64,000 bases of DNA from Eledone cirrhosa (taxonomy: Eukaryota). Below the pieces are notes generated by a model. It worked only from the letters and a program-made list of their open reading frames with translations. It had not been told where the DNA came from and did not search any database. How positions within the stretch are numbered: the stretch's first letter is position 1; each line of letters starts with the position of its first letter. Shown one piece after another: positions 51,591-64,000 of this stretch. A program made the translations under genes and the position numbers. The stretch spans positions 1,798,001-1,862,000 of the forward strand of contig OZ024756.1 of the NCBI GenBank assembly GCA_964016885.1, given 5' to 3'.

Positions 51591-54500
51591 TGCTGTCTTC
51601 AGTTTATCTATGAAGTGTGCAGTGTCAGGGATCTGGTCCTCTGTCTTGCTGTCTTCAGTTCATCTATGAAGTGTGCAGTGTCAGTGATCTGTTCCTCTGT
51701 CTTGCTGTCTTCAGTACATCTATGAAGTGTGCAGTGTCAGTGATCTGGTCCTCTGTCTAGTTGTCTTCAGTTCATCTATGAAGTGTGCAGTGTCAGTGAT
51801 CTGGTCCTCTGTCTTGCTGTCTTCAGTTCATCTATGAAGTGTGCAGTGTCAGTGATCTGGTCCTATGTCTTGCTGTCTTCAGTACATCTATGAAGTGTGC
51901 AGTGTCAGTGATCTGGTCCTCTGTCTTGCTGTCTTCAGTTCATCTATGAATTATGCAGTGTCAGTGATCTGGTCCTCTGTCTTGCTGTCTTCAGTACATC
52001 TATGAAGTGTGCAGTGTCAGTGATCTGGTCCTCTGTCTTGCTGTCTTCAGTTCATCTATGAAGTGTGCAGTGTCAGTGATCGGGTCCTCTGTCTTGCTGT
52101 CTTCAGTACATCTATGAAGTGTGCAGTGTCAGTGATCTCGTCCTCTGTCTTGCTGTCTTCAGTACATCTATGAAGTGTGCAGTGTCAGTGATCTGGTCCT
52201 CTGTCTTGCTGTCTTCAGTACATCTATGAAGTGTGCAGTGTCAGTGATCTCGTCCTCTGTCTTGCTGTTTTCAGTACATCTATGAAGTGTGCAGTGTCAG
52301 TGATCAGGTCCTCTGTCTTGCTGTCTTCAGTTCATCTATGAAGTGTGAAGTGTCAGTGATCAGCTCCTCTGTCTTGCTGTCCTCAGTACATCTATGAAGT
52401 GTGCAGTGTCAGTGATCTGGACCTCTGTCTTGCTGTCTTCACTACATCTATGAAGTGTGCAGTGTCAGTGATCTGGTCCTCTGTCTTGCTGTCTTCAGTA
52501 CATCTATGAAGTGTGCAGTGTCAGTGATCTGGTCCTCTGTCTTGCTGTCTTCAGTTCATCTATGAAGTGTGCAGTGTCAGTGATCAGGTCCTCTGTCTTG
52601 CTGTCTTCAGTATATCAATGAAGTGTGCAGTGTCAGTGATCTGGTCCTCCGTCTTGCTGTCTTCAGTACATCTATGAAGTGTGCAGTGTCAGTGATCTGG
52701 TCCTCTGTCTTGCTGTCTTCAGTACATCTATGAAGCGTGCAGTGTCAGTGATCTGGTCCTCTGTCTTGCTGTCTTCAGTACATTTATGAAGTGTGCAGTG
52801 TCAGTGATCTGGTCCTCTGTCTTGCTGTCTTCAGTACATTTATGAAGTGTGCAGTGACAGTGATCTGGTCCTCTGTCTTGCTGTCTTCAGTACATCTATG
52901 AAGCGTGCAGTGTCAGTGATCTGGTCCTCTGTCTTGCTGTCTTCAGTACATCTATGAAGCGTGCAGTGTCAGTGATCTGGTCATCTGTCTTGCTGTCTTC
53001 AGTACATCTATGAAGTGTGCAGTGTCAGTGATCTGGTCCTCTGTCTTGCTGTCTTCAGTTCATTAATGAAGTGTGCAGTGTCATTGATCTGGTCCTCTGT
53101 CTTGCTGTCTTCAGTTCATCTATGAAGTGTGCAGTGTCAGTTATCTGGTCCTCTGTCTTGCTGTCTTCAGTGCATCTATGAAGTGTGCAGTGTCAGTGAT
53201 CTGGTCCTCTGTCTTGCTGTCTTCAGTACATCTATGAAGTGTGCAGTGTCAGTGATCTGGTCCTCTGTCTGGCTGTCTTCAGTACATCTATGAAGTGTGC
53301 AGTGTCAGGGATCTGGTCCTCTGTCTTGCTGTCTTCAGTACATCTATGAAGTGTGCAGTGTCAGTGATCTGGTCCTCTGTCTTGCTGTCTTCAGTACATC
53401 TATGAAGTGTGCAGTGTCAGTGATCTCGTCCTCTGTCTTGCTGTCTGCAGTTCATCTATGAAGTGTGCAGTGTCAGTGATCTGGTCCTCTGTCTTGCTGT
53501 CTTCAGTACATCTATGAAGTGTGCAGTGTCAGTGATCTGGTCCTCTGTCTTGCTGTCTTCAGTACATCTATGAAGTGTGCAGTGTCAGTGATCTGGTCCT
53601 CTGTCTTGCTGTCTTCAGTTCATCTATGAAGTGTGCAGTGTCAGTGATCTCGTCCTCTGTCTTGCTGTCTTCAGTACATCTATGAAGTGTGCAGTGTCAG
53701 TGATCTGGTCCTCTGTCTTGCTGTGTTCAGTTTATCTATGAAGTGTGCAGTGTCAGTGATCTGTTCCTCTGTCTTGCTGTCTTCAGTACATCTATGAAGT
53801 GTGCAGTGTCAGTGATCTGGTCCTCTGTCTTGTTGTCTTCAGTTCATCTATGAAGTGTGCAGTGTCAGTGATCTGGTCCTCTGTCTTGCTGTCTTCAGTT
53901 CATCTATGAAGTGTGCAGTGTCAGTGATCTGGTCCTCTGTCTTGCTGTCTTCAGTTCATCTATGAAGTGTGCAGTGTCAGTGATCTGGTCCTCTGTCTTG
54001 CTGTCTTCAGTTCATCTATGAAGTGTGCAGTGTCAGGGATCTGGTCCTCTGTCTTGCTGTCTTCAGTTCTTCTATGAAGTGTGCAGTGTCAGTGATCTGT
54101 TCCGCTGTCTTGCTGTCTTCAGTACATCTATGAAGTGTGCAGTGTCAGTGATCTGGTCCTCTGTCTTGCTGTCTTCAGTTCAACTATGAAGTGTGCAGTG
54201 TCAGTGATCTGGTCCTCTGTCTTGCTGTCTTCAGTTCATCTATGAAGTGTGCAGTGTCAGTGATCTGGTCCTCTGTCTTGCTGTCTTCAGTTCATCCATG
54301 AAGTGTGCAGTGTCAGTGATCTGGTCCTCTGTCTTGCTGTCTTCAGTTCATCTGTGAAGTGTGCAGTGTCAGTGATCTGGTCCTCTGTGTTGCTGTCTTC
54401 AGTACATCTATGAAGTGTGCAGTGTCAGTGATCTGGTCCTCTGTCTTGCTGTCTTCAGTTCATCTATGAAGTGTGCAGTGTCAGTGATCTGGTCCTCCGT

Positions 54501-57500
54501 CTTGCTGTTTTCAGTACATCTATGAAGTGTGCAGTGTCAGGGATCTGGTCCTCTGTCTTGCTGTCTTCAGTTCATCTATGAAGTGTGCAGTGTCAGTGAT
54601 CTCGTCCTCTGTCTTGCTGTCTTCAGTACATCTATGAAGTGTGCAGTGTCAGTGATCTGGTCCTCTGTCTTGCTGTCTTCAGTACATCTATGAAGTGTGC
54701 AGTGTCAGTGATCTGGTCCTCTGTCTTGCTGTCTTCAGTACATCTATAAAGTGTGCAGTGTGAGGGATCTGGTCCTCTGTCTTGCTGTCTTCAGTTCATC
54801 TATGAAGTGTGCAGTGTCAGTGATCTCGTCCTCTGTCTTGCTGTCTTCAGTACATCTATGAAGTGTGCAGTGTCAGTGATCTGGTCCTCTGTCTTGCTGT
54901 CTTCAGTACATCTATGAAGTGTGCAGTGTCAGTGATCTGGTCCTCTGTCTTGCTGTCTGCAGTTCATCTATGAAGTGTGCAGTGTCAGTGATCTGGTCCT
55001 CTGTCTTGCTGTCTTCAGTACATCTATGAAGCGTGCAGTGTCAGTGATCTGGTCCTCTGTCTTGCTGTCTTCAGTACATTTATGAAGTGTGCAGTGTCAG
55101 TGATCTGGTCATCTGTCTTGCTGTCTTCAGTACATCTATGAAGTGTGCAGTGTCAGTGATCTGGTCCTCTGTCTTGCTGTCTTCAGTTCATCTATGAAGT
55201 GTGCAGTGTCAGGGATCTGGTCCTCTGTCTTGCTGTCTTCAGTTCATCTATGAAGTGTGCAGTGTCAGTTATCTGGTCCTCTGTCTTGCTGTCTTCAGTG
55301 CATCTATGAAGTGTGCAGTGTCAGTGATCTGGTCCTCTGTCTTGCTGTCTTCAGTACATCTATGAAGTGTGCAGTGTCAGTGATCTGGTCCTCTGTCTTG
55401 CTGTCTTCAGTACATCTATGAAGTGTGCAGTGTCAGGGATCTGGTCCTCTGTCTTGCTGTCTTCAGTTCATCTATGAAGTGTGCAGTGTCAGTGATCTCG
55501 TCCTCTGTCTTGCTGTCTTCAGTACATCTATGAAGTGTGCAGTGTCAGTGATCTCGTCCTCTGTCTTGCTGTCTTCAGTACATCTATGAAGTGTGCAGTG
55601 TCAGTGATCTGGTCCTCTGTCTTGCTGTCTGCAGTTCATCTATGAAGTGTGCAGTGTCAGTGATCTGGTCCTCTGTCTTGCTGTCTTCAGTACATCTATG
55701 AAGTGTGCAGTGTCAGTGATCTGGTCCTCTGTCTTGCTGTCTTCAGTACATCTATGAAGTGTGCAGTGTCAGTGATCTGGTCCTCTGTCTTGCTGTCTTC
55801 AGTACATCTATGAAGTGTGCAGTGTCAGTGATCTGGTCCTCTGTCTTGCTGTCTTCAGTTCATCTATGAAGTGTGCAGTGTCAGTGATCAGGTCCTCTGT
55901 CTTGCTGTCTTCAGTATATCAATGAAGTGTGCAGTGTCAGTGATCTGGTCCTCCGTCTTGCTGTCTTCAGTACATCTATGAAGTGTGCAGTGTCAGTGAT
56001 CTGGTCCTCTGTCTTGCTGTCTTCAGTACATCTATGAAGCGTGCAGTGTCAGTGATCTGGTCCTCTGTCTTGCTGTCTTCAGTACATTTATGAAGTGTGC
56101 AGTGTCAGTGATCTGGTCCTCTGTCTTGCTGTCTTCAGTACATTTATGAAGTGTGCAGTGTCAGTGATCTGGTCCTCTGTCTTGCTGTCTTCAGTACATC
56201 TATGAAGCGTGCAGTGTCAGTGATCTGGTCCTCTGTCTTGCTGTCTTCAGTACATCTATGAAGCGTGCAGTGTCAGTGATCTGGTCATCTGTCTTGCTGT
56301 CTTCAGTACATCTATGAAGTGTGCAGTGTCAGTGATCTGGTCCTCTGTCTTGCTGTCTTCAGTTCATTAATGAAGTGTGCAGTGTCATTGATCTGGTCCT
56401 CTGTCTTGCTGTCTTCAGTTCATCTATGAAGTGTGCAGTGTCAGTTATCTGGTCCTCTGTCTTGCTGTCTTCAGTGCATCTATGAAGTGTGCAGTGTCAG
56501 TGATCTGGTCCTCTGTCTTGCTGTCTTCAGTACATCTATGAAGTGTGCAGTGTCAGTGATCTGGTCCTCTGTCTGGCTGTCTTCAGTACATCTATGAAGT
56601 GTGCAGTGTCAGGGATCTGGTCCTCTGTCTTGCTGTCTTCAGTTCATCTATGAAGTGTGCAGTGTCAGTGATCTCGTCCTCTGTCTTGCTGTCTTCAGTA
56701 CATCTATGAAGTGTGCAGTGTCAGTGATCTCGTCCTCTGTCTTGCTGTCTGCAGTTCATCTATGAAGTGTGCAGTGTCAGTGATCTGGTCCTCTGTCTTG
56801 CTGTCTTCAGTACATCTATGAAGTGTGCAGTGTCAGTGATCTGGTCCTCTGTCTTGCTGTCTTCAGTACATCTATGAAGTATGCAGTGTCAGTGATCTGG
56901 TCCTCTGTCTTGCTGTCTTCAGTTCATCTATGAAGTGTGCAGTGTCAGTGATCTCGTCCTCTGTCTTGCTGTCTTCAGTTCTTCTATGAAGTGTGCAGTG
57001 TCAGTGATCTGTTCCGCTGTCTTGCTGTCTTCAGTACATCTATGAAGTGTGCAGTGTCAGTGATCTGGTCCTCTGTCTTGCTGTCTTCAGTTCAACTATG
57101 AAGTGTGCAGTGTCAGTGATCTGGTCCTCTGTCTTGCTGTCTTCAGTTCATCTATGAAGTGTGCAGTGTCAGTGATCTGGTCCTCTGTCTTGCTGTCTTC
57201 AGTTCATCCATGAAGTGTGCAGTGTCAGTGATCTGGTCCTCTGTCTTGCTGTCTTCAGTTCATCTGTGAAGTGTGCAGTGTCAGTGATCTGGTCCTCTGT
57301 GTTGCTGTCTTCAGTACATCTATGAAGTGTGCAGTGTCAGTGATCTGGTCCTCTGTCTTGCTGTCTTCAGTTCATCTATGAAGTGTGCAGTGTCAGTGAT
57401 CTGGTCCTCCGTCTTGCTGTTTTCAGTACATCTATGAAGTGTGCAGTGTCAGGGATCTGGTCCTCTGTCTTGCTGTCTTCAGTTCATCTATGAAGTGTGC

Positions 57501-60500
57501 AGTGTCAGTGATCTCGTCCTCTGTCTTGCTGTCTTCAGTACATCTATGAAGTGTGCAGTGTCAGTGATCTGGTCCTCTGTCTTGCTGTCTTCAGTACATC
57601 TATGAAGTGTGCAGTGTCAGTGATCTGGTCCTCTGTCTTGTTGTCTTCAGTACATCTATAAAGTGTGCAGTGTGAGGGATCTGGTCCTCTGTCTTGCTGT
57701 CTTCAGTTCATCTATGAAGTGTGCAGTGTCAGTGATCTCGTCCTCTGTCTTGCTGTCTTCAGTACATCTATGAAGTGTGCAGTGTCAGTGATCTGGTCCT
57801 CTGTCTTGCTGTCTTCAGTACATCTATGAAGTGTGCAGTGTCAGTGATCTGGTCCTCTGTCTTGCTGTCTGCAGTTCATCTATGAAGTGTGCAGTGTCAG
57901 TGATCTGGTCCTCTGTCTTGCTGTCTTCAGTACATCTATGAAGCGTGCAGTGTCAGTGATCTGGTCCTCTGTCTTGCTGTCTTCAGTACATTTATGAAGT
58001 GTGCAGTGTCAGTGATCTGGTCATCTGTCTTGCTGTCTTCAGTACATCTATGAAGTGTGCAGTGTCAGTGATCTGGTCCTCTGTCTTGCTGTCTTCAGTT
58101 CATCTATGAAGTGTGCAGTGTCAGGGATCTGGTCCTCTGTCTTGCTGTCTTCAGTTCATCTATGAAGTGTGCAGTGTCAGTTATCTGGTCCTCTGTCTTG
58201 CTGTCTTCAGTGCATCTATGAAGTGTGCAGTGTCAGTGATCTGGTCCTCTGTCTTGCTGTCTTCAGTACATCTATGAAGTGTGCAGTGTCAGTGATCTGG
58301 TCCTCTGTCTTGCTGTCTTCAGTACATCTATGAAGTGTGCAGTGTCAGGGATCTGGTCCTCTGTCTTGCTGTCTTCAGTTCATCTATGAAGTGTGCAGTG
58401 TCAGTGATCTCGTCCTCTGTCTTGCTGTCTTCAGTACATCTATGAAGTGTGCAGTGTCAGTGATCTCGTCCTCTGTCTTGCTGTCTTCAGTACATCTATG
58501 AAGTGTGCAGTGTCAGTGATCTGGTCCTCTGTCTTGCTGTCTGCAGTTCATCTATGAAGTGTGCAGTGTCAGTGATCTGGTCCTCTGTCTTGCTGTCTTC
58601 AGTACATCTATGAAGTGTGCAGTGTCAGTGATCTGGTCCTCTGTCTTGCTGTCTTCAGTACATCTATGAAGTGTGCTGTGTCAGTGATCTGGTCCGCTGT
58701 CTTGCTGTCTTCAGTTCATCTATGAAGTGTGCAGTGTCAGTGATCTCATCCTCTGTCTTGCTGTCTTCAGTTCATCTATGAAGTGTGCAGTGTCAGTGAT
58801 CTGGTCCTCTGTCTTGCTGTGTTCAGTTTATCTATGAAGTGTGCAGTGTCAGTGATCTGTTCCTCTGTCTTGCTGTCTTCAGTACATCTATGAAGTGTGC
58901 AGTGTCAGTGATCTGGTCCTCTGTCTTGTTGTCTTCAGTTCATCTATGAAGTGTGCAGTGTCAGTGATCTGGTCCTCTGTCTTGCTGTCTTCAGTTCATC
59001 TATGAAGTGTGCAGTGTCAGTGATCTGGTCCTCTGTCTTGCTGTCTTCAGTTCATCTATGAAGTGTGCAGTGTCAGTGATCTGGTCCTCTGTCTTGCTGT
59101 CTTCAGTTCATCTATGAAGTGTGCAGTGTCAGGGATCTGGTCCTCTGTCTTGCTGTCTTCAGTTCTTCTATGAAGTGAGCAGTGTCAGTGATCTGTTCCG
59201 CTGTCTTGCTGTCTTCAGTACATCTATGAAGTGTGCAGTGTCAGTGATCTGGTCCTCTGTCTTGCTGTCTTCAGTTCAACTATGAAGTGTGCAGTGTCAG
59301 TGATCTGGTCCTCTGTCTTGCTGTCTTCAGTACATCTATAAAGTGTGCAGTGTGAGGGATCTGGTCCTCTGTCTTGCTGTCTTCAGTTCATCTATGAAGT
59401 GTGCAGTGTCAGTGATCTCGTCCTCTGTCTTGCTGTCTTCAGTACATCTATGAAGTGTGCAGTGTCAGTGATCTGGTCCTCTGTCTTGCTGTCTTCAGTA
59501 CATCTATGAAGTGTGCAGTGTCAGTGATCTGGTCCTCTGTCTTGCTGTCTTCAGTTCATCTATGAAGTGTGCAGTGTCAGTGATCTCGTCCTCTGTCTTG
59601 CTGTCTTCAGTTCATCTATGAAGTGTGCAGTGTCAGTGATCTGGTCCTCTGTCTTGCTGTCTTCAGTTTATCTATGAAGTGTGCAGTGTCAGGGATCTGG
59701 TCCTCTGTCTTGCTGTCTTCAGTTCATCTATGAAGTGTGCAGTGTCAGTGATCTGTTCCTCTGTCTTGCTGTCTTCAGTACATCTATGAAGTGTGCAGTG
59801 TCAGTGATCTGGTCCTCTGTCTAGTTGTCTTCAGTTCATCTATGAAGTGTGCAGTGTCAGTGATCTGGTCCTCTGTCTTGCTGTCTTCAGTTCATCTATG
59901 AAGTGTGCAGTGTCAGTGATCTGGTCCTCTGTCTTGCTGTCTTCAGTACATCTATGAAGTGTGCAGTGTCAGTGATCTGGTCCTCTGTCTTGCTGTCTTC
60001 AGTTCATCTATGAATTATGCAGTGTCAGTGATCTGGTCCTCTGTCTTGCTGTCTTCAGTACATCTATGAAGTGTGCAGTGTCAGTGATCTGGTCCTCTGT
60101 CTTGCTGTCTTCAGTTCATCTATGAAGTGTGCAGTGTCAGTGATCGGGTCCTCTGTCTTGCTGTCTTCAGTACATCTATGAAGTGTGCAGTGTCAGTGAT
60201 CTCGTCCTCTGTCTTGCTGTCTTCAGTACATCTATGAAGTGTGCAGTGTCAGTGATCTGGTCCTCTGTCTTGCTGTCTTCAGTACATCTATGAAGTGTGC
60301 AGTGTCAGTGATCTGGTCCTCTGTCTTGCTGTCTTCAGTTCATCTGTGAAGTGTGCAGTGTCAGTGATCTGGTCCTCTGTGTTGCTGTCTTCAGTACATC
60401 TATGAAGTGTGCAGTGTCAGTGATCTGGTCCTCTGTCTTGCTGTCTTCAGTTCATCTATGAAGTGTGCAGTGTCAGTGATCTGGTCCTCCGTCTTGCTGT

Positions 60501-63500
60501 TTTCAGTACATCTATGAAGTGTGCAGTGTCAGGGATCTGGTCCTCTGTCTTGCTGTCTTCAGTTCATCTATGAAGTGTGCAGTGTCAGTGATCTCGTCCT
60601 CTGTCTTGCTGTCTTCAGTACATCTATGAAGTGTGCAGTGTCAGTGATCTGGTCCTCTGTCTTGCTGTCTTCAGTACATCTATGAAGTGTGCAGTGTCAG
60701 TGATCTGGTCCTCTGTCTTGCTGTCTTCAGTACATCTATAAAGTGTGCAGTGTGAGGGATCTGGTCCTCTGTCTTGCTGTCTTCAGTTCATCTATGAAGT
60801 GTGCAGTGTCAGTGATCTCGTCCTCTGTCTTGCTGTCTTCAGTACATCTATGAAGTGTGCAGTGTCAGTGATCTGGTCCTCTGTCTTGCTGTCTTCAGTA
60901 CATCTATGAAGTGTGCAGTGTCAGTGATCTGGTCCTCTGTCTTGCTGTCTGCAGTTCATCTATGAAGTGTGCAGTGTCAGTGATCTGGTCCTCTGTCTTG
61001 CTGTCTTCAGTACATCTATGAAGCGTGCAGTGTCAGTGATCTGGTCCTCTGTCTTGCTGTCTTCAGTACATTTATGAAGTGTGCAGTGTCAGTGATCTGG
61101 TCATCTGTCTTGCTGTCTTCAGTACATCTATGAAGTGTGCAGTGTCAGTGATCTGGTCCTCTGTCTTGCTGTCTTCAGTTCATCTATGAAGTGTGCAGTG
61201 TCAGGGATCTGGTCCTCTGTCTTGCTGTCTTCAGTTCATCTATGAAGTGTGCAGTGTCAGTTATCTGGTCCTCTGTCTTGCTGTCTTCATTGCATCTATG
61301 AAGTGTGCAGTGTCAGTGATCTGGTCCTCTGTCTTGCTGTCTTCAGTACATCTATGAAGTGTGCAGTGTCAGTGATCTGGTCCTCTGTCTTGCTGTCTTC
61401 AGTACATCTATGAAGTGTGCAGTGTCAGGGATCTGGTCCTCTGTCTTGCTGTCTTCAGTTCATCTATGAAGTGTGCAGTGTCAGTGATCTCGTCCTCTGT
61501 CTTGCTGTCTTCAGTACATCTATGAAGTGTGCAGTGTCAGTGATCTCGTCCTCTGTCTTGCTGTCTTCAGTACATCTATGAAGTGTGCAGTGTCAGTGAT
61601 CTGGTCCTCTGTCTTGCTGTCTGCAGTTCATCTATGAAGTGTGCAGTGTCAGTGATCTGGTCCTCTGTCTTGCTGTCTTCAGTACATCTATGAAGTGTGC
61701 AGTGTCAGTGATCTGGTCCTCTGTCTTGCTGTCTTCAGTACATCTATGAAGTGTGCAGTGTCAGTGATCTGGTCCTCTGTCTTGCTGTCTTCAGTTCATC
61801 TATGAAGTGTGCAGTGTCAGTGATCTCGTCCTCTGTCTTGCTGTCTTCAGTTCATCTATGAAGTGTGCAGTGTCAGTGATCTGGTCCTCTGTCTTGCTGT
61901 GTTCAGTTTATCTATGAAGTGTGCAGTGTCAGTGATCTGTTCCTCTGTCTTGCTGTCTTCAGTACATCTATGAAGTGTGCAGTGTCAGTGATCTGGTCCT
62001 CTGTCTTGTTGTCTTCAGTTCATCTATGAAGTGTGCAGTGTCAGTGATCTGGTCCTCTGTCTTGCTGTCTTCAGTTCATCTATGAAGTGTGCAGTGTCAG
62101 TGATCTGGTCCTCTGTCTTGCTGTCTTCAGTTCATCTATGAAGTGTGCAGTGTCAGGGATCTGGTCCTCTGTCTTGCTGTCTTCAGTTCTTCTATGAAGT
62201 GTGCAGTGTCAGTGATCTGTTCCGCTGTCTTGCTGTCTTCAGTACATCTATGAAGTGTGCAGTGTCAGTGATCTGGTCCTCTGTCTTGCTGTCTTCAGTT
62301 CAACTATGAAGTGTGCAGTGTCAGTGATCTGGTCCTCTGTCTTGCTGTCTTCAGTTCATCTATGAAGTGTGCAGTGTCAGTGATCTGGTCCTCTGTCTTG
62401 CTGTCTTCAGTTCATCCATGAAGTGTGCAGTGTCAGTGATCTGGTCCTCTGTCTTGCTGTCTTCAGTTCATCTGTGAAGTGTGCAGTGTCAGTGATCTGG
62501 TCCTCTGTGTTGCTGTCTTCAGTACATCTATGAAGTGTGCAGTGTCAGTGATCTGGTCCTCTGTCTTGCTGTCTTCAGTTCATCTATGAAGTGTGCAGTG
62601 ACAGTGATCTGGTCCTCCGTCTTGCTGTTTTCAGTACATCTATGAAGTGTGCAGTGTCAGGGATCTGGTCCTCTGTCTTGCTGTCTTCAGTTCATCTATG
62701 AAGTGTGCAGTGTCAGTGATCTGGTCCTCTGTCTTGCTGTCTTTAGTACATCTATGAAGTGTGCAGTGTCAGTGATCTGGTCCTCTGTCTTGCTGTCTTC
62801 AGTACATCTATGAAGTGTGCAGTGTCAGTGATCTGGTCCTCTGTCTTGCTGTCTTCAGTACATCTATAAAGTGTGCAGTGTGAGGGATCTGGTCCTCTGT
62901 CTTGCTGTCTTCAGTTCATCTATGAAGTGTGCAGTGTCAGTGATCTCGTCCTCTGTCTTGCTGTCTTCAGTACATCTATGAAGTGTGCAGTGTCAGTGAT
63001 CTGGTCCTCTGTCTTGCTGTCTTCAGTACATCTATGAAGTGTGCAGTGTCAGTGATCTGGTCCTCTGTCTTGCTGTCTTCAGTACATCTATGAAGTGTGC
63101 AGTGTCAGTGATCTGGTCCTCTGTCTTGCTGTCTTCAGTTCATCTATGAAGTGTTCAGTGTCAGTGATCTCGTCCTCTGTCTTGCTGTCTTCAGTTCATC
63201 TATGAAGTGTGCAGTGTCAGTGATCTGGTCCTCTGTCTTGCTGTCTTCAGTTTATCTATGAAGTGTGCAGTGTCAGGGATCTGGTCCTCTGTCTTGCTGT
63301 CTTCAGTTCATCTATGAAGTGTGCAGTGTCAGTGATCTGTTCCTCTGTCTTGCTGTCTTCAGTACATCTATGAAGTGTGCAGTGTCAGTGATCTGGTCCT
63401 CTGTCTAGTTGTCTTCAGTTCATCTATGAAGTGTGCAGTGTCAGTGATCTGGTCCTCTGTCTTGCTGTCTTCAGTTCATCTATGAAGTGTGCAGTGTCAG

Positions 63501-64000
63501 TGATCTGGTCCTCTGTCTTGCTGTCTTCAGTACATCTATGAAGTGTGCAGTGTCAGTGATCTGGTCCTCTGTCTTGCTGTCTTCAGTTCATCTATGAATT
63601 ATGCAGTGTCAGTGATCTGGTCCTCTGTCTTGCTGTCTTCAGTACATCTATGAAGTGTGCAGTGTCAGTGATCTGGTCCTCTGTCTTGCTGTCTTCAGTT
63701 CATCTATGAAGTGTGCAGTGTCAGTGATCGGGTCCTCTGTCTTGCTGTCTTCAGTACATCTATGAAGTGTGCAGTGTCAGTGATCTCGTCCTCTGTCTTG
63801 CTGTCTTCAGTACATCTATGAAGTGTGCAGTGTCAGTGATCTGGTCCTCTGTCTTGCTGTCTTCAGTACATCTATGAAGTGTGCAGTGTCAGTGATCTCG
63901 TCCTCTGTCTTGCTGTTTTCAGTACATCTATGAAGTGTGCAGTGTCAGTGATCAGGTCCTCTGTCTTGCTGTCTTCAGTTCATCTATGAAGTGTGAAGTG

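Larger units (their letters stand above)
1..64000. repeat. 56-bp tandem satellite / macro-VNTR array, 1143 monomers, running off both window ends
   Basis: Monomer GTGTCAGTGATCTGGTCCTCTGTCTTGCTGTCTTCAGTWCATCTATGAAGTGTGCA recurs head-to-tail from position 1. The last monomer starts at 63998 = 1 + 1143x56 - 11, matching the observed indels (+1 once, -2 six times). Most monomers differ from consensus by only a few substitutions. Confidence 0.99.
35700..64000. repeat. Right satellite domain: indel-free mosaic higher-order repeat
   Basis: Diagnostic TATAAAGTGTGCAGTGTGAGGG at 37161, 40521, 45953, 50097, 54745, 57657, 59337, 60737 and 62865. CTAGTTG at 37813, 41173, 51757, 59821 and 63405. All offsets are multiples of 56. 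Confidence 0.85.

Noticed and set aside
1-64000. CRISPR-like array, suggested by the regular period and partial palindrome
   Set aside because: There are no unique spacers, since all 56 positions are conserved between units, and no leader or cas genes.
1-64000. Hidden inversions, transposon insertions, telomeric repeats, or tRNA/5S/snRNA tandem genes
   Set aside because: I saw no reverse-complement monomers, unique inserts or TTAGGG tracts. The phase arithmetic leaves no room for an insert unless its length were a multiple of 56. The unit lacks recognisable RNA-gene motifs.

Overview
The whole 64 kb window is one uninterrupted, single-orientation tandem array of a 56-bp monomer: GTGTCAGTGATCTGGTCCTCTGTCTTGCTGTCTTCAGT(A/T)CATCTATGAAGTGTGCA. 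It holds 1143 full monomers plus 3 bases. The register shifts only at one +1 insertion (~1174) and six 2-bp deletions (28.6-35.0 kb), and that net -11 bp exactly matches the phase at the window end. I find no genes, RNA genes, transposons, spacers, inversions or unique sequence, and the four ORFs are by-products of the repeat. The information is in the variant monomers. They split the array into layered domains (about 1.7-25.6, 25.6-28.5, 28.5-35.7 and 35.7-64 kb). Each domain is built from irregular, nested higher-order duplications whose offsets are whole numbers of monomers (8, 10, 32, 37, 39, 42, 60, 74, 104, 189), laid over an older ordered cassette shared by both ends. The CpG-free, TpG/CpA-rich consensus suggests a methylated, probably animal, genome (inference). 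I do not recognise the family. I see no support for a new protein- or RNA-coding system; the most that can be claimed is a possibly undescribed satellite with a readable expansion history and a hint of quasi-palindrome-templated mutation.
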